Assembly: GCA_044354115.1 (NCBI GenBank)
Contig: JBILAR010000002.1
Location: forward strand, 34,088-98,087
DNA length: 64,000 nucleotides
DNA from: Pseudomonas sp.
Lineage (GTDB): Bacteria; Pseudomonadota; Gammaproteobacteria; Pseudomonadales; Pseudomonadaceae
Direction of reading: 5' to 3'
Positions 57,488-64,000 of this stretch are shown one piece after another. Numbering within the stretch: position 1 is the first letter of the stretch; every line of letters begins with the position of its first letter. Made by a program: the position numbers and the translations under genes. The notes beneath the pieces were generated by a model. The model had not been told where the DNA came from. It did not search any database and saw nothing but the letters and a program-made list of their open reading frames with translations.

Positions 57488-58327
57488 ATGAGCGAAGACC
57501 GATCAAGCAGTGGGCAAAAGACCTGGCTGGGCAAAATCACCCAGGCTTTTACCCACGAACCGAAAAACCGCCAAGAGCTGCTGCAGCTCCTACGCGAAGC
57601 CCATCAAAACAAATTGCTCGACAGCGAGGCCTTGGCCATCGTTGAAGGCGCCATCCAGGTGGCCGACCTGCAAGTGCGCGACATCATGGTGCCGCGCTCG
57701 CAGATGATCAGCATCAAAGCCTGCCAGAGCCCAAAAGAATTCCTCCCGGCGATTCTCGAGTCAGCGCACTCGCGCTACCCGGTGATCGGCGAAAACCTCG
57801 ACGATGTGATCGGCATTTTGCTGGCCAAAGACTTGCTCCAACTGGCCCTGCAAGAGCCCGGCAGCACCCTTGAGATCAGCAAACTGCTGCGCCCCGCCAC
57901 CTTCGTGCCTGAGTCCAAGCGCCTGAACGTGTTGCTGCGTGAGTTTCGCGCCAATCACAATCATATGGCCGTGGTCATCGATGAGTACGGCGGCGTGGCG
58001 GGCTTGGTGACCATCGAAGACGTGCTCGAACAAATCGTCGGCGAGATCGAAGACGAACACGACATCGAAGAAGACAGCTTTATCAAACCCCTGCCCAGCG
58101 GCGACTTTTTGATCAAAGCGCTGACACCGATCGAGCGTTTTAATGAGTTTTTCGACAGCCATTTGTCCGACGAGGAATTCGATACCGTCGGCGGTTTGGT
58201 GATGGGCTCCTTCGGCCACTTGCCGAAACGCAACGAAGTAACCGAAATCGGTAGCTACCGCTTTCGCGTGCTCAGCGCCGACAGCCGACGCATTCACCTG
58301 CTGCGCCTGACCCCTGAATCACGCTGA
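57488..58327 (+). CDS. corC: CBS-pair + CorC/HlyC transporter-associated protein
   Basis: VRDIMVPRSQM, the CBS pair, MAVVIDEYGGVAGLVTIEDVLEQIVGEIEDE, and the CorC_HlyC C-terminus. Confidence 0.9.
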   Translation: MSEDRSSSGQKTWLGKITQAFTHEPKNRQELLQLLREAHQNKLLDSEALAIVEGAIQVADLQVRDIMVPRSQMISIKACQSPKEFLPAILESAHSRYPVIGENLDDVIGILLAKDLLQLALQEPGSTLEISKLLRPATFVPESKRLNVLLREFRANHNHMAVVIDEYGGVAGLVTIEDVLEQIVGEIEDEHDIEEDSFIKPLPSGDFLIKALTPIERFNEFFDSHLSDEEFDTVGGLVMGSFGHLPKRNEVTEIGSYRFRVLSADSRRIHLLRLTPESR

Positions 58328-58436
58328 TCGCCCCTCTAGCGGCGGCCTTGGCCGCTGCTAGAACAACCATGCCGTGAAACCACGCAACTCAACCAACCCA
58401 CTCGCAGCAACAGCAGCGCCAACAAGGACGCTTCGC

Positions 58437-59957
58437 ATGAACTGGATCACTCGCCAAGGCCCGCTGGGCAACTTGCTGGCCTTGCTGGCAGGCGCACTCA
58501 CCCCACTGGCACTGGCACCCTTCGACTTTTGGCCGCTGTCGCTGCTATCGCTGGCGCTGTTTTATCTGGGCTTGCGCGAGCTGGCCCCGAAAGCTGCACT
58601 CTGGCGCGGCTGGTGCTACGGCCTAGGCCTGTATCTGGCCGGGATTGGCTGGATTTATGTCAGCATCCACGACCACGGCGGCGCTTCGCCCGCTCTAGCC
58701 GGCGGTTTGATGCTGGCTTTTTGCGCGGCCCTGAGTTTTTTCTTTGGCTTACCGGCGTGGCTATGGGCGCGCTGGCTGCGGCGTAACGAGGCGCCTCTGG
58801 CCGACGCACTGGCCTTTGCCGCGCTGTGGTTGGCGCAAGAGGCGTTTCGTGGCTGGTTTCTAACCGGCTTCCCTTGGTTGTATGCCGGCTATAGCCAACT
58901 CGACGGCCCCTTGGCCGGCCTGGCACCGGTCGGAGGTATCTGGCTGATCTCCTTTGTGCTGGCCCTGAGCGCGGCACTACTCAGTAACTTGCCACACCTG
59001 CGTCGTCAGCCCAAGGTTCTCGCCTTGGCCTTACTACTGCTAAGCGCACCTTGGCTGGCTGGTATTGCCCTCAAAGGCTTCGCTTGGACCCAGCCCGCCG
59101 GCGCGCCGCTGAGCGTGGCTTTGATGCAAGGCAATGTGGCCCAAAGCCTGAAATGGGACCCGGCGCAACTGCGTGCGCAACTGGACCTGTACCGCGACAT
59201 GACGCGCAATGCCAAACCCACCGATCTGGTGATCTGGCCAGAAACCGCCGTGCCGGTGCTTAAGGAATACGCCGAAGATTACCTAGGCGGCATGGCCGCC
59301 TTCGCCAACAGCCGCAACAGCGCGCTGATCACCGGCGTGCCGATCCGCCAGCTCAATGAGCGCGGGGAGAAACGCTACTACAACGGCATTACCGCAACGG
59401 GTCAGGGCCAGGGCACCTATCTCAAACAAAAATTGGTGCCCTTTGGTGAGTACGTGCCGCTGCAAGAACAACTGCGCGGCTTAATTAGCTTCTTCAACCT
59501 GCCGATGTCGGACTTCGCCCGAGGGCCGGCCGAACAGCCATTGCTGCAGGCCAAGGGCTATAGCATTGCCTCGTACATTTGCTATGAGGTGGTGTATCCA
59601 GACTTTGCCGCCGGGCTGGCCGCACAGAGCAACATCCTCCTGACCGTCAGCAACGACGCTTGGTTTGGCAGCTCCATCGGCCCCCTGCAACACCTGCAGA
59701 TGGCCCAGATGCGCGCCCTCGAAGCCGGGCGCTGGATGCTACGTGCCACCAACAATGGCATGACCGTGCTGATCGACCCGCTCGGCCAGATCAGCGCGCA
59801 GCTACCGCAGTTTGAACAAGGCGTACTGTACGGCGAAGTAGTCCCCATGCAAGGGCTCACCCCATACCTGCGCTGGGGCTCATGGCCATTGGCAATTGTC
59901 TGCGCCTTATTGTTTGGCTGGGCGTTACTCGCCAGCCGCATGGCCAAGACTCTTTAA
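58437..59957 (+). CDS. lnt: apolipoprotein N-acyltransferase
   Basis: ATG 58437 (MNWITRQG...), a multi-TM N-terminus, and a CN-hydrolase domain (VIWPETAVP, YNGI, KQKLVPFGEYVP, ICYEVVYP). Confidence 0.9.
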   Translation: MNWITRQGPLGNLLALLAGALTPLALAPFDFWPLSLLSLALFYLGLRELAPKAALWRGWCYGLGLYLAGIGWIYVSIHDHGGASPALAGGLMLAFCAALSFFFGLPAWLWARWLRRNEAPLADALAFAALWLAQEAFRGWFLTGFPWLYAGYSQLDGPLAGLAPVGGIWLISFVLALSAALLSNLPHLRRQPKVLALALLLLSAPWLAGIALKGFAWTQPAGAPLSVALMQGNVAQSLKWDPAQLRAQLDLYRDMTRNAKPTDLVIWPETAVPVLKEYAEDYLGGMAAFANSRNSALITGVPIRQLNERGEKRYYNGITATGQGQGTYLKQKLVPFGEYVPLQEQLRGLISFFNLPMSDFARGPAEQPLLQAKGYSIASYICYEVVYPDFAAGLAAQSNILLTVSNDAWFGSSIGPLQHLQMAQMRALEAGRWMLRATNNGMTVLIDPLGQISAQLPQFEQGVLYGEVVPMQGLTPYLRWGSWPLAIVCALLFGWALLASRMAKTL

Positions 59958-59988
59958 AGCCTTACGCCAGCGCTAAACGGTTGGCGTA

Positions 59989-60765
59989 TTAGCGATACAG
60001 CCGCGGGTAAAGCAAGCGGCCGAAGGCCTCATTAAGCAACTGCCCGCTCTGCCATACAGCCTTGCTTTCCGGCAACCAGCCGCCTAGCGGGCGTGCATTC
60101 GGCACCGCTAAAAACCCCACTGGCGCCATCACCACGGTAAAACCGGCGCGCTCAAAGCACCAACGAGCGCGCAGCATGTGCGCCGCTTGGGTGACCAGCA
60201 CAATCCGCTTAACCCCCAACGGCATCAGCAGCCGCGCAGTCTGCTCGGCGTTCTCCCAGGTGGTTTGGCTTTGTGGCTCTTGCCAACGCACCGGCAAGGC
60301 AAAATCTTGCTCAAGGCTGCGCGCCATGATGGCCGCTTCACTGGGCGGTGCGCCGAAGTGCAAGCCACCACTGGTCAGCAACGGTAAACCACTGGCACGT
60401 GCCAAACGAGCAGCGTAGCGCACCCGCTCACTGCCCAGTAAGCTGGGCACATCGTCGCCCCACGCCGGGTCGCCACGCTCACGGCCGCCGCCCAAAACTA
60501 CAATGGCCTCAGCTTGCTGCGCTAACTCAGGCCATTTGGCCGCGCTAAGAGCCGCATCCGGCTCCAACTGACGGGCAAAAAACTCCACCGCAACCGGCAA
60601 ACTCATCAGCCACAAACCCGCAAAACCTACAGCAAAACAGCCAAACGCCAGTCGTGGTAAACGCGCACGCAGCCACCAAGCGGCGAGCAGCAATAGCAAC
60701 AAGCCGCCGGGCGGCAAAAGCAGTTGTTTAAGCAAGTAACGAAGAACTAGAAGATCGGCTGTCAT
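59989..60765 (-). CDS. YdcF/DUF218 family protein
   Basis: N-terminal TM segments and IVVLGGGRE...LLTSGG..., typical of the DUF218 family. Confidence 0.75.
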   Translation of the reverse strand: MTADLLVLRYLLKQLLLPPGGLLLLLLAAWWLRARLPRLAFGCFAVGFAGLWLMSLPVAVEFFARQLEPDAALSAAKWPELAQQAEAIVVLGGGRERGDPAWGDDVPSLLGSERVRYAARLARASGLPLLTSGGLHFGAPPSEAAIMARSLEQDFALPVRWQEPQSQTTWENAEQTARLLMPLGVKRIVLVTQAAHMLRARWCFERAGFTVVMAPVGFLAVPNARPLGGWLPESKAVWQSGQLLNEAFGRLLYPRLYR

Positions 60766-60839
60766 GATTTTTTTCGCGCAAAAACCATAGCCTACCTAGC
60801 AACGGACCAGCTCGCACGAGCAATCACTGCGACACCGTC

Positions 60840-61289
60840 TTAGGAGGGTGAATTACCGGCGCGAAACAATTGCGAACCGCAGGCGCTGCACGCCTGTACG
60901 CCCTGTCCGCGCAGCCAAATGGCGGCGGTGCCGCAGAGTGCACAGCAAAGTTGCTGACGACGCTTAAGCAAGGGATTAACTCGCGGCGCAGCCTTATGCG
61001 GCGGCCTGATACTGTTGCGAATCGGCTTTGCCATCTTCGCGGACCGCTGTTCGAGCAGGGCCAACTCTTGTGCGGCGGCGTGCCAGCCCTGTAGCCAGCT
61101 CATGTCTTGGTCTAAATAGGCCCGTACCAACTGCAATTCGGCCGGACTCAGGCCGCTGAGTTCCAGTTCATGGGTGGATTCTGTCGCTGGCCGGCTGGCA
61201 CTGTCGGCCTCATCCAAGGCCAGCGCCAAACGTTCTAAAAGTCGCCCGTACAATCCTCCCTGAGCCTCGGTGCGATGCAACTCAACCAT
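60840..61289 (-). CDS. hypothetical protein with a C-terminal zinc-ribbon (CxxC...CxxC)
   Basis: ATG 61289 (MVELHRTE...; GAGAGG upstream). The C-terminus is CCALCGTAAIWLRGQGVQACSACGSQLF. Confidence 0.55.
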   Translation of the reverse strand: MVELHRTEAQGGLYGRLLERLALALDEADSASRPATESTHELELSGLSPAELQLVRAYLDQDMSWLQGWHAAAQELALLEQRSAKMAKPIRNSIRPPHKAAPRVNPLLKRRQQLCCALCGTAAIWLRGQGVQACSACGSQLFRAGNSPS

Positions 61290-61470
61290 AGGAGCACCTC
61301 TCGCCGGCGCAATGGCAGCCGACCCTAAGCTCAAGCTTAGCCCGAGAGCCGCGCCCAGCTGTTTGCTGCGACCAACGGCGAGCGGCGTATAGACCGGTGC
61401 AATCAGCGTTTCCCTCAGCTAAGCGGCGTCCTGTATGCTAGCGCGTTAGCCAAAAGCCCCCCTTTTTTAA

Positions 61471-64000
<2,530 letters not shown>

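Overview
This is 64 kb of a high-G+C gammaproteobacterial chromosome; hand-counted 60-nt lines in the flanks are about 63% G+C. It carries Pseudomonas-type REP elements and Pseudomonas-like gene order. From memory, three blocks resemble the P. aeruginosa PA0132-0148, PA4778-4788 and PA3970-3987 neighbourhoods; this is not verified.

About 52 protein genes are supportable, mostly core:
- bauA (partial) and bauR, a RutR-like TetR regulator, adenine deaminase
- gltS plus a TAXI-type lipoprotein, and a 1175-aa PAS/GAF/GGDEF/EAL protein
- a Bcr-type MFS exporter and an RND adaptor + permease
- a REC-HDOD regulator, copA-cueR, a RIO kinase
- a thiolase/SDR/AraC/MaoC cluster, mazG-cmoM-lipoprotein, amn, an aidB-like ACAD
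- two tandem LadS-like hybrid kinases, fadL, thiD-thiE-hemL
- miaB-ybeZ-ybeY-corC-lnt, and leuS (partial)

bauA and leuS are real genes missing from the ORF track because they run off the window. Many long track ORFs are antisense or alternative-frame shadows typical of high-G+C DNA.

I found no rRNA, tRNA, CRISPR array, transposase, integrase or recognisable phage-defence gene.

Accessory content:
- A ~9-kb low-G+C island (22.2-31.1 kb) sits between cueR and the RIO kinase gene. It carries amine/aldehyde/electrophile metabolism genes and a duplicated PhzF-family gene, one copy of which is an in-frame internal-deletion remnant.
- A single-gene EEP-nuclease islet lies at 35.3-36.1 kb.
- An AT-rich scrap lies at 17.2-17.45 kb.

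The most unusual non-coding signal is a cluster of DnaA-box 9-mers at 3.44-3.66 kb.

I did not find a clear-cut novel multi-gene system. The findings below are ranked hypotheses, not demonstrations.
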